Shown here one piece after another: positions 47,526 through 59,064 of a stretch of DNA of 64,000 nt. This DNA comes from Oikopleura dioica (Eukaryota > Animalia > Chordata), in assembly GCA_907165135.1 (NCBI GenBank), contig OU015566.1, positions 992,001 to 1,056,000 of the forward strand. Reading direction: 5' to 3'. The notes below the pieces were generated by a model. The model worked only from the letters and a program-made list of their open reading frames with translations, searched no databases and was not told the DNA's origin. How positions within the stretch are numbered: position 1 is the first letter of the stretch; each line of letters opens with the position of its first letter. The translations under genes were made by a program, and so were the position numbers.

Positions 47526-49201
47526 ATAAAATTGACAAAAATTGCTTTAAGGGATCCCCCGATTTCGTCAACTTTGACTTCGAACTTCTTTTTTTAGGGC
47601 TTGTAGCTTTTTACAAGGATAAGGGCTCATTTTGAAGCCCGTTTTTTAATGAACAAACTCTAGTATAGAAATTTTTCATAAGGGGAAACACCTTGAAAAG
47701 ACGGGCTGAAAACATTGATACCCGCGAAAAACCCCATTTTGGGCCATTTTCAAAATCGAACTTGTTTTTTCTGCTCTTAGATAGAGCCCAAAATCAAAAA
47801 CAACTGTCTTCCTTGATCCCTTATCTACAATCTCTAGTACAGGCATGTGATTCCGCCAAGGATTGTAGAATTTTTCTGAACAAGATGATTTTTGCCGTTT
47901 TTTTTGACTATCTTTGCTCTCTAGCGCCTTTTATTGGTTAGATATTATATTTAATCTATCTTTTTTTAATTGAGTTTTCTCTAAGCTTTCTAAAAAGCCC
48001 TTATTCATCTGATTATGTCGACTTTGAAAAGTCGAAAAAATTGCGAATTTTTTCAAAGTAAAATTTTTCATTAAAATAAGCCATTTTCAAAGCTGTGTCA
48101 CAGCTTACCACGTGACGGACTCACTTTGATATAATATATGAAAATGATCGCCAGACAACGGAGATTCAAAAAATATATTACTCAAAAGCTCTCGATGATA
48201 TTTTTCAAATCGTGGACCCCTTCTGTATAAATATCTTATTGACAATAAAATTGCTAGAAGAAGACAAGAAAGACAAATTTTCCGATGGTATGGGAATTTT
48301 ATTTTTTAAGCTCGCCTTTGATGAAATTTCGCACTGGCAAAAGTGACACTCTCAAAAAGAACGATCCCGTCTCGCGCCGCTCCCCGCTCGAGTCACGTGT
48401 CCGTTTCAGTCGAAAATTATTGAATTTTTCGACATTTTCTGTTTTCTCGTGCCCGATCCTCTTCTTTTTTGAAATTTTGCCATTTTCAAAAGAATTAATT
48501 TTCATTATCAAAATTTGGGGTTTGAAAAATATTCAGAAATTCCACTTTCTGGAAATATTTTTACGAAAAGCAAGAAATTTTTTTAAGATGGGTGGACTCA
48601 AACGCTACAGCTTATCTGGGTCGAACGCCCCGGCCATGGGGCGATCACGTGATAAGGACTTTTTTTGGAATTATTTTTGTACGACGAACTAAAGCAACTT
48701 GAAGAACAGAAAACGCATAAAATCTTGTTTTTTATGCATTAAACATTTAAAATTAATCATTTTAAACAGGCGATAAACTGCAGCAAAATGAGCGCCTTGC
48801 GCATTCAAGTCTTTCTCAAAAACTTGAGAAAATTGTTACTTTTCCTCAGAGCTGGAAAAGCACAAAACTCGAAGCGCAAAAAAAAAGAAATTTGATAATA
48901 AAATCTCTTTTGGAAACTAAAAGTGGCAAAAATTTTTTCAAGAGATCGGGAAAATCAACGACTCTGGAAGAAAAACAGATGGGCCACGGATCGGGCGAAA
49001 GGAACGGGCGGCTCAGTCGGATCTAGAATAGAAGACTGCCCCCTGGCGGCCCTGCTCCGATTGAAAGATTGGGGAGGGATCGGGGCACAGTCCCAGGGAA
49101 AATGGCAGCGCAAAGATTTCACCAGAGGCGGAGCTGAGCAGAAACCGTTACAGGTTAGTAGGATTGAATGTTTTGGTTTGGTTCGGCGGTTGCGGGTTGG
49201 T

Positions 49202-51279
49202 TTAACCAGAGTATGGACCCAAGCCCTCGTGGTGCGCGTTGGTGGTGTAGGCGTCGCAGTCGTTGCCGTTGTGGACGTTTGTGGTACTGCAGGTAGCCGC
49301 GATCGAGCTGATCTCGGTGGCGTGGAAGTGCAAGTATGGGAAGGGCGACTCGACGGTGTAGTCTCTGTCAGCGGTGGAGTAAGCAACTCCATTGGTGACA
49401 TCTTGCATGGCGTACGAAAGTTGAATCCAGATTTCCTAGAACAATTAATTATCCAAATCCGAGTCGATTTAAGTTTACCTGGATGTTACCCATCTGGGCA
49501 GCAAAGTGCTCGTCGTAGGTGTTCATGAGACCAAGGATCTTGAATTTCGTTGCGCAGAAGTTCTCGTCGGCGGCGTCAGTGCCCGTGCACCAGCTGGCCT
49601 TGGTACTGGCTGCGGTATCGAGCCATCCCATGATGTGGTTAATCTTCTTGCCGTCAGCGCCTGTTCGGATCCAATCGTCAGCTCTGAAGAAGTTGACGTC
49701 GTCCCAGGTGCCGAGATCGAGTGGAGGAATGATGTTGATTCTCTCTTCGGCGTTTTCGACGTTCATCAGCTGGTAAGTTTGGCTGTTGACGGAATCAGCT
49801 GCTGAGAAAGTGAGTCCTCGCTTGTAGTCGTTGTGGAGAGCGTACGAGACGGCATGTGGGAAGGTGATGACGATCTCGTTGACGTGGTACCAGTAGTAGC
49901 TCTCGTAGGTGCCCTCTTCGTGGAGAATTCGCAGGTTGAATCGGAAATCTTTTCCCAACTCGTTGTGTGGGAAAGAGGAGATGGCGAAGTTGGTGGTCCA
50001 GGTGCCTGAGGAAAGGGATGACTTCCATTCGGTAGTCTGAAGGTCAACAGTCCATGTACCCATCCATCCGTCAAAGAACCATTCGCCACCGATACCATCT
50101 GCGTGTTGGGTGGAAGCGCTGTTGATGGTATTGTAAGTGGTTCCAGTGGCACCTGGGTTTTGGGTTCGTTCGGTCATGTCGATGAACTCTTGGTAGTGAT
50201 CGCCGGTGTCCTTGCCCTTGACCTTGTAAGTCGCGATGAAGTTGAGGAAGCCGAGACCTTCGTACTGAGGGTTGGCGATGACCAAGTTGGCGTTGGATTG
50301 TTCGCTGCTGTATCCAGTACCTGCGTCGCCGGTTCCGCTAACAGCTGGTGCGGTGCTACCAGAAACAACACCTCCGACGAGGAGATGCGCATTGAAGAAG
50401 TGGACCCAGTTGGGAACGTAATCGATGTTGGTATCGACGACAGCACGAGTGAGAGATCCCGAATAATCATTTTTGAAATAGCCGTTGTAATAATAGGCCT
50501 TGTAGACATGATCATACGTAGACTCTTTGTAGTCGAAGCCGGCCAATTCGTACAGGCAGCCAGCGTGTCGGGCAGAGTGGTAGTGGACCCACTCGCTTGG
50601 GGCGGCATTTTCGGTGTAGTCGGTTGTTGTCGACTCTTCGTTTTCCCAACCGTAGTGGTAAAGACCTCCTCGGTTGTTATCACCAGCAGCTGGAGAAGCT
50701 GCATCAGCACCTCCCTTCAAACCTTTCATTTCAGATCCGAAGTAGTGGAGCGGACCAGTGGAGTACCTCTCGTACGGATCAGTGTTGGTTCCATTGTAGA
50801 CCAACTTGTCACTGAAAGATTTTTTATGAAATTTCAGCGAAGTTTGTTTCGACTTACGTATCGAAGTTGGCTGGCCAGCAGTTCAGCGCATAAGCATGAC
50901 CGCTGCTTGTGCTGTATGCTTTGCCATAGCCGTCGTACTGATCGTAGTTGTAAGACGGGGCGGAATAGCTTGGAGCCTGGTAGGATGGCTGTTGGTAAGA
51001 AGGTTGTTGGTAAGAAGCTTGGTTCTTCTTCTTCTTCTTTTTCTTGTTTCCGAACTGGTCGTACTCGTACTCGTAATCACCTCGGGTCTCGTCGAGGGTG
51101 TAGTCCACCTGGGCCGAACCCTCGTAATCTTGAGCCTTTTTTATGGTGTCAAAGGAGAGAGAATCGGTGATTCCTAATTTCCGATGAAAACTAATTCGAA
51201 AGAAGTAATTTTTCTCTCTTTTTTTTCACCATTCCTGCACGGAGGCGGCCGCAAAGCAACCAACCTGCAACAGTTTCAT
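49202..51279 (-). CDS. Secreted Tyr/Gly/Thr/His-rich protein, candidate house (oikosin-like) protein
   Basis: MKLLQVGCFAAASVQA-QDY signal; ETRG, K7 run, YQQPS repeats; 451-aa exon; C-terminal EIWIQLSYA...FPYLHFHATEISSI..C. Strong C-ending codon bias. A further exon at 48955-49140 is possible. Confidence 0.75.
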
Positions 51280-51400
51280 CTAAAAACGAAATTTGAAAAA
51301 CAAGTTTTTAAAGATGATTAATCTCTAAAATAAAAAAAATCTCTGCAAAACTTACATCGAAAATCTGTTGACTGCTGAGGACCAAGCGTCGCCGGGAGAG

Positions 51401-51407
51401 TTAAATA
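51401..51407 (-). promoter_or_regulatory. TATA-like box (TATTTAA) upstream of the non-coding first exon of the oikosin-like gene
   Basis: On the minus strand, TATTTAA lies about 25-30 nt upstream of a TCAGCAGT initiator-like site. A short 5'UTR exon follows, then a gtaag...tttag intron (51355-51280) ending directly at the ATG. Confidence 0.5.
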
Positions 51408-53689
51408 TGGCTCGGCGGCGAATTTGCAAACATTTTTCCGATTGTTTGAGGCGCTGAAAGAAAACCGTGCGGCCGGACGCGCACAACGTGGTTTCTAAAT
51501 GATTTTAAATGCCGTCATCAGGAGATAAATAAACTTAAATAGAAGATGTTTGTTTCAACTGTCAAAATTTTCGAGCTTATTTTGGTAATTCGAAATATCA
51601 AAAAAAGACATGTTTTTGCTTGTCTTATTATAAATTTTCTAGAACAAAAGTCACGTGGGAATCCACCTTTTCGGCTTAAAACAAAAAAGTCTCAGTTTCA
51701 ACCCTTTCGCCCAACAATGACCTCATATGATCTCCAGTAAGTTTGAGAAACCGATCCAATTTGAATACTATTTGACCTGTTAACTAGTCGGTCAACAAAT
51801 ATTGTCAATATGATATGCCACTATGGTAAAGGGTTGAAATTTCAAAAATATTTGGTTCACTTTCAAAATACACTTATTTTCTGCAGTTTAAGTCGCAATT
51901 TCCGGGAGATCGAGTAGAGATAGCCAAAAAGTGCATGAGGAGTTTTTTGCTCCAAATTTTCTGAGGAATCCAAAAATGCGGGTCAAAAAAAGAACCTGAG
52001 ACTTGGCCAAAATCGACCACCCTAGCCTTAAAGCTCTAAAATAGATCAATTGATTTACGCCAGAGAGTAAGTTCAGGCATTCACGGATTCAGATTTATTC
52101 AAGGCCAAAGTTGGGGAATGCGACTAAATATCACCTTTTATCCGCCACTGCGGGTGTATATCAACCGTTAGAGGTCAAGAGTAAGGGCAATATGACGTAC
52201 TTGACTAGTAGGTAAGTTTAGTATAACTTTTACTGATGGTTTTTCGTGTCGAAAAATCAACAAATATATCATTGGATATGCAGATGCCAATGAATTCGCA
52301 ATCAATGATCCTTAAAAACACAGCTTCCATCATTCAGAATTGACATTTCTCCAATATCATGTGCCTTTGTGATAATTAATTCAAAGTCGACTTCGGTAGA
52401 ACATTCCGTCAGTTCGAAAGCTGCTGTCTATGATTGCTCCTCCTCCTCGTCGTTATAATTATTCTGAGATGCGCTTTGAGAGTGTTGATTAGATCATTAT
52501 CCTAATCTGAGGATATCCAATAAACCGGGCGATGCATGGAGGCATGCTTTGCATTACCCTCCTCATTACCAAAATTGAGTTTGATCTTTAGCGTTCCATC
52601 GGGTTCGCTGGCGATTCTCGGCGAAGAAGAAGTGAACCCGCCCTCTCGGCGATCTTGTTTGATTAATCTCACAAATCCAGGAAAACCTCCTTCCCAGTTT
52701 TAGGGAAATACGCTAACTGAGCTGTTTAAAGAGAGAGAGAGATCATTCGAAGAATCTGCTAGAACGATTTCAGGTGGTAAAAATTTGATGACGATTTTAT
52801 TTGATACAGAAAACTTACTCATTTTTTTTAAAACAGAATTCGAAAATAATCGGGAGAGCCTTTTTTATGTGGAGTTGTCTGGAACCAACAAAAAAATTTC
52901 GACAAATTTTGCGTGGAAATTTTCAACCAATCAGAAGCCTGGATTCGGCAAACCGGCCAATCGGCAGCCGAGTAGCCGCCCACGCAAAATTTGTCGAATT
53001 TTTTTGTCGGTTTCAGATACCATCCCTTTTTTATTAAGGCTACGGAGGTCGAGTTTGCCGACTTTGAGGGTTTATTCCGGAGAAATGGGAAATGCTAACA
53101 ATCCCTTCAAAAGCTTGTTTTGAAGATCAATGCTAGATCTCACTTTTGTCAGAGGCTTTTGAAAATTGGTCTACTTTTCTAGGAAATCCAGCCTGTCAAA
53201 GTTGGCTACTCGCTGAAAATTGACCAAAAAACGACGAAATTCCAGCCCTGCCAGAAATTGATTTGTAAAAGATTTTCTATATTTTTTTATTTGCTGAGAC
53301 GAAAATTTTAAAATTGACGTAAACAATATTTTTATCCTCAAGGAAAAAAAAAAACTCATTTTGTTGATGAGAAAAGTGTCGAAAGTTTATTGTGAAGTAA
53401 AGTGCCGTCAGTTTTTAAACAAGTTGGAGGACATTTTGACGCGGTGAATTTATTCAGAGCGCTACTTGGCTTTCTAAGGTCGACCTACTGGATAATACAG
53501 TCTTATTCAAAATCTTCTTTTGTACGTTTTTTTTCTCGGCCAGAGGATTTTTTCAAAGGAGCAGACGGTATCGCAGACTGGTTTTATTCCTAATCCCCGT
53601 TCTATCAGTCACTAGCGCCTTATTTTTGGGGCTCAATAAGAGGTGGCTTTTATGGTCAGAGAAAATGGAATGAACATATTTTTTCAGAA

Positions 53690-56600
53690 AATGACACTCG
53701 TGTCTGAGTACGCTCATGATGACTGTCAGTACGCACTAGAAAGATGCCTACATCTTGACAGGAACTTGGATCAAAAATTCGCCTTAAGGACCCCCATCAA
53801 GAATCGCGAAAATGGGGGCTTTTAGTGATAGTTTTTCTCGGGAACTATCTTAGCTAGACCCTTAATTTCAGTTTCTAGTGTTAGGTCGAACCCTCGGCTA
53901 CAATCGGTCCCCTAATAATGATCTCTCGATATTTTCATTTTTTCAGGCCGATAAAGGTAAGGTTGCTAAGTGCAGGTTTTTTTTTGGTTATTAGTCGAGG
54001 TATACCCTTAATTTTTTTACAGGATGAAGTAAAGGCCCTCAGCTACGACCGTTCCTCTTTTGAGAGTTTTTGGTAAACGAACTTAAGGAGTACACCCCCT
54101 TTAAAAATTTATAAGTCGAGTATTGGGCAAATTTTCAGATTTCCGTTTTAATTTTTTCTTGCCCAAACTGCCTTCAATCATTTTTTTTCTAACCGTTTTT
54201 ATAATGAAAATGCAATTTAAGATGGGTATACCCTTAATTATAATTGAAAAAGAGCAAACTAAAAATTTTCATAAAGAATATAATGCAAATTTCCAATTTT
54301 TGAAGCCAATTTTAGTCTAAAATTTAGTTAGCAGCGAAATAATTTTCAACATAAAAGTGTCTCTCTGTTGTCTGTAGAACCCAAAATGACCAAAAAATAC
54401 CGAAAATTTTGACCAAATCTATCTTGATGGGGTGATCCTTAAAAAGGAGAAAAGAGTAAAAAGATCCGAAAAAAGTTGCAAAATGCATATGCAGAATATC
54501 AGCGAATTTGGCTGCGATTTTTCGCCCGAAGGCGTCACCGAAGAAAATCGAGAAGAAACTTGTATCTCTCACTATGGAGCAAATAAGCACAGAGAATGTG
54601 CGTTTACATACAGTAGATTGTTCTGGGAAAAAGAGCTGATGCGGGCATACTTGGGCGAATGCACGGTGAGTCTTCCTTGATTTCTTCCTTCCATAGTGTT
54701 TTCTAGTGCATGAGGCCAAGTGAAGATCCATACATGACGCCGGAAAAATATCTCGATTGCAAGAGAAACTGGAAAGCGGCATTTGAAAATCCCTGTTTTC
54801 GACCCGAGTCGCACCATACACAAGCACTTGATGAAGGATCCAATCCTTATAACAGGTCTTTTTCTCTCCATTTTTCAACGATTGAAAAGAGCGAATTTCA
54901 GGCAAAAACACAGGGAATGTATGGCCGGCTTCAAATTATGCACAACGAACATGGATGCGCACGATTGTGGAATGCCCCTTATCAATATTTCAATAAATGT
55001 ATATAACTTATATAATATAAGTTTTATTATATTATATAATATCAGAGTTGCAAATTTTGTGAGCTAGCTGAGCTGAGCTATCTGAGCAAGCTGAGCTACA
55101 GCTCGGCTCAGCTCAGCAATTTTGAGGTGAGGGTCAGCTCAGCTCAGCTCAGCTCAATTTGACCTCAGCTCAATGGTTCTTCGAAAAGAGCCAGCTCAGC
55201 TCAGCTGGCTCAATTTTAACCTCAGCTCAGCTAGCTCAGCATAAAAAAATGGTCAGCTCAGCTAAGCTAGCTCAGTTTGAGAAATCATCAGCTCAGCTCA
55301 AAAATTTTCAAATATGCCCCAGCTCAGCTCAGCTCTGCTCAATTTTTTTGATAAAAACCAGCTTAGCTCAACTCAGCTCAGTTGTTTTTTATATGGAGCC
55401 AGCTCAGCTCAGCTCAATTTCGACCTCAGCTCAGCTAGCTCAGCTCAGAAAAAATTTTCAAAAATTTGCAACTCTGTATTATATTATTTTCTAGTGCGGA
55501 ACGGATGAGCAGGGAAACTGTGTCAACGGCAATGGCAGATGTATCGATGCGTTGGCGAACTTCTTCTTTGATTCCGTCGATCCAGCGTGGACAAAGCTCA
55601 TTTTCACCTGCTGCGAGCACGAAAATGACTGTTACGGCTTTCCAGAGCAGGTTTTTTCGCCCTGGAAATGCTTGAAGAAAAGTATGAATGAACAAAAAAA
55701 ACGAAAATTGATCCCTTTCAGATCCGTTTTATTCCTGTTTGGCAGTGAAGGAAGAATGCGATGCGATCGAGACATGCAAGAGGCACATGGATGCGATCAT
55801 GAATGAAGATGTTTGCCCAGGAGCAGTTCATCAGAAAAGTAAAAATTTTGATTCGCGATTTTTTTTTATAAAAAATTTAGTTTTGAACCCCGAACGACAC
55901 GATTGCCCAAAAATTTTGAATCAAAATTGTGCGAATTCGTTAAATCAAGTTTCTCTCTGGTACTGTAGCTGTGAAAATCTTGATGGTTACTTTCAACAGC
56001 GGAATATGACAAGTATAACCCAAGGTACTAAAATCCGATTTCTTCCAATTCAAACATTTTTGAAGAGCAAAAAGACGCGGCTAGGAAAGAATGTATGATT
56101 CAAAAGGGCATTTTTACGCACAACGAGTGTTTGGAAGATCATATCGCTAATAATCCACATACAGGTTTGAACAAAAAAAATGTTGAAAATAAAAAAATAA
56201 CGGAATTTCGTTTAGAAATAATAGGAGGAACAGTAGTTCCAAGCTCAACGGTCCCAAGAGGTTCACAAAGCTTTGATTTATAGTATCAATATGGTATGAC
56301 TCATATGAGAGCCATATTGGTAGACCTTCCCTTAACCCGTTGCCGAGCGCGTAGCAGTTTTGCTGCTATGACACGCCCCCAGGCTCGAAATACGGCATTC
56401 TAGTTAGCGTAGAAGGCATTTTACGCCTTCCGCTCGGCAACGGGTTAAAAGGGGCAAGAGAGCTAAAAGAGACAAAAAATGCATGAGATCTGATTTTTCG
56501 AATCAAAACTTTTGATTCAGTAGAAATTGATTGTTTCGGTTATTATTCCTTGACTGTTTAATTTATTTTAGAAGAGGGCGACAACATGACAAAATTCATC

Positions 56601-56976
56601 GTAATAATTTTTATTCTTTCGCTTTGCATGGTTGTTCTCGCTCGACTCCGATGGACAAGAAAGATTTTGAACCTCAGGTAAATTTTCGGCTCGGCAACCT
56701 GTGTGGAAAACCTGAGTCAGGGTCTGAAAGATCTTAACTGAAGAAAGTCAAGATCTTTCAGACCCTGACTCAGGCTTTCTACACAGGTTTCCGACACAGG
56801 ACTTCTTCATTCACTTCGGTTCTAGAATTCCATCATCACGTGACATGTTCATGCGCAGCTCCGACGATGGTCGAATAATCAACAACAGTTTTCCAAATTC
56901 GAGACCTCCACCGACAGCGCCTGATTTTGAGCAACTGAGAAACAAGGAAATGCCGCTGCCAACTGCAAGAATTTGA
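53690..56976 (+). CDS. GDNF-family-receptor-alpha-like protein with a transmembrane helix and cytoplasmic tail; 5' end unresolved
   Basis: DCQYALERC; RCIDALANFFFDSVDPAWTKLIFTCC; LWYCSC; IFTHNECL. These fit GFR-alpha/GAS1 Cys domains. Then TM FIVIIFILSLCMVVLA (exon 56572-56677) and a tail ending PLPTARI* at 56976. Confidence 0.6.
55043..55476. mobile_element. hAT-type MITE with GCTCA arrays, intronic
   Basis: Perfect 16-bp TIR CAGAGTTGCAAATTTT / AAAATTTGCAACTCTG. Flanks tataatat and tattatat match 7/8. Confidence 0.88.
56336..56444. mobile_element. piggyBac-type MITE (109 bp), intronic
   Basis: TTAA|CCCGTTGCCGAGCG ... CGCTCGGCAACGGG|TTAA: perfect 14-bp TIR and TTAA duplication. Confidence 0.88.
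56693..56792. mobile_element. Near-perfect 100-bp hairpin MITE, CCTGAGTCAGG family, intronic
   Basis: ggcaacctgtgtggaaaacctgagtcagggtctgaaagatctt ... aagatctttcagaccctgactcaggctttctacacaggtttcc. Confidence 0.85.
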
Positions 56977-57379
56977 AAAAAAGAAGACGAGTTTGCTATT
57001 TATCTGTAAAGACTGAAATGGATCATTTGTAAAAACCGCCGTGATTTTTTGTAAACAAATAAACGGACAAAATCGCTATTTATGAAAACTTCGTCTATTT
57101 AGCTGATTTTGACCGCTAAAAACAGCGAACTTGAGCGGGATTCAGCCGCTTGTCAGGATTCGTGACTTAAAGTCGGACTTTAGAAAAGCAGAGTTGGCGA
57201 AATCCACTTAGCGAGTGATTACTATTAATAAGGGAACACACACGCATGCACTTATTTTACATGCACATGAGCACTTTTTCGCGCGAAAAAGAGATGAAGA
57301 GAAATGGGCTTTCAAGAAAATATCGATAAATTTCCTGTTGTAAGTTTCAAGAATCAAAAAACAGAAAACCAAAAAACAG

Positions 57380-58010
57380 AAACCAATTTTCGGAAGTGCA
57401 TTTTTGGATGACCAATAAGGTTGCTGTATTTGGCCTTACGGCCAATCAAAATACTTATCCATAAAATCACTTCCATAAACTGGTTTAACCCAAAAAATGC
57501 GCCTTACCAAGAAAAGGAGTGATTCTTATGGAAAGGGTTTTGATTGGCCGACAGGGAAAATACAGAAAGCTTTGGTCTTCCAAAAATGCACTTGCTTTTC
57601 TTGGTTTTTGCTAAAAAGGGACTAAACCAATATACCAATATATGGAAGTGCATTTTTGGATAACCAATAAGATTGCTGTATTTGAGACTAAACCAATTTT
57701 CGGAAAGGAATTTTTGGATTACCAATAAGATTGCTGTATTTTGCCTACCGGCCAATCAAAACCCTTTCCATAAAAATCTGTTCCGAAAATTGCTTTTACC
57801 CTGTATTTGGCCTACCGGGCAATCAAAACCATTATCAATGAAATCACTTCCATTTAATTGGTTTAACCTCCAAAAAAGGGCCAAAACCAAAAAATGGAAA
57901 TTATTTCATGGATCAGGGTTTTGATTGGCTGGAGGGCAAAATACAGAAATCTTACTGGTCATACAAAAATGCAGTTCCATATTTTGGTTTAGTCCCAAAA
58001 AAAAGATCGA
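57380..58010. repeat. Cluster of direct and inverted copies of a roughly 100-bp unit (ggaagtgcatttttgga..ccaataag.ttgctgtattt..cggccaatcaaaa)
   Basis: At least five copies in both orientations. Related to 19800-19968. Confidence 0.8.
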
Positions 58011-59064
58011 GGTTAATCCATTTTAGCTCTTTACAATTTCAATCATCACCGGCATCGTCGTCTTTGTCGGCATCATCATCATCATCGTCGCCATCTTACA
58101 AGCATTCTTCGGATTCGTCATCTGCTTCTTTCCTGAACATCCTTCGACTCAGAGAAACTGCAAATGTCCCGAATCTCGGCTTGAATAAATTTTATTGCTG
58201 ACAAAACATTTGTGAAGCGATAGTAAAGCGGGTTGCTATGGTGGAGCGGAGCGTAATTTTCTGTTCTTTGCATTTTTGAAGCGACCTTTAGTCGAAGCGA
58301 CTATTTGGGACACGTCTCTGGGACGATTTTGAAATTGTCTCTGTCTTTGACGACCTCGTTCTTCATTCGAATTTTGTTGATTTTGCTTTTTTAGCTAATT
58401 TTATGGAAAAAAAAAATCAGAAAAATCAATAAATTTTTACGAAAATTTCAATTGAGATGACCGTTCACTCCGATTTTCCGACTTTTATGATGGTCCTTTT
58501 TTAGCAAAATTTCTAGAGAGCCTTTTTTCCCAACTGTTGTTTATCAAATTTCGTAAGCGATCTGAGATCTCCCGCGGCGTTAGCATTTCGTAACAGTACT
58601 GTCAAGAGTGCGGTTTTTCATTGGTGGTGATCTTGAAGTCCAATATTTGCAGGTGATTTAAAGGGCTCTGTCTTTCAGAAGTTCTTGGCACTTTAGTCTA
58701 AAAGCAAAAAGCTGCACAAGAGAATGAAAATCCCCAAGGAAAGGTCCATTAAAAAATAAATTGAAGAAATTTTGAAGAGCCCGAAATTGATGTTCAAATA
58801 AACAAAAATTATGAAGAGATGAAGTTTTTTGAGAAATACAGTATTTCTAGTGTTCGACAGAGTCAATTAAAAAACTCAGTATTCTTACAATTCTTCTGAG
58901 AGTTTGACTGCTGTTGAGCTAACAATGCGGTCGACGAAATTCATGAGAACGAACCCACTGACATTGTCACGTCACTGCTTTTTCAGCGCTTTAGGAGAGC
59001 AGCTCTTGCTCGGCAAATATTTTCGTATTTTATCAGAATCAAAGTTCATCGCATGTAACGGACC

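Noticed and set aside
52230-52660. Coding-like minus-strand fragment
   Set aside because: In-frame stops, no recognisable motif and no coherent exon chain; at best a decayed remnant.
55159-55508. ORFs rich in SSAQL
   Set aside because: Translations of the GCTCA pentamer MITE.
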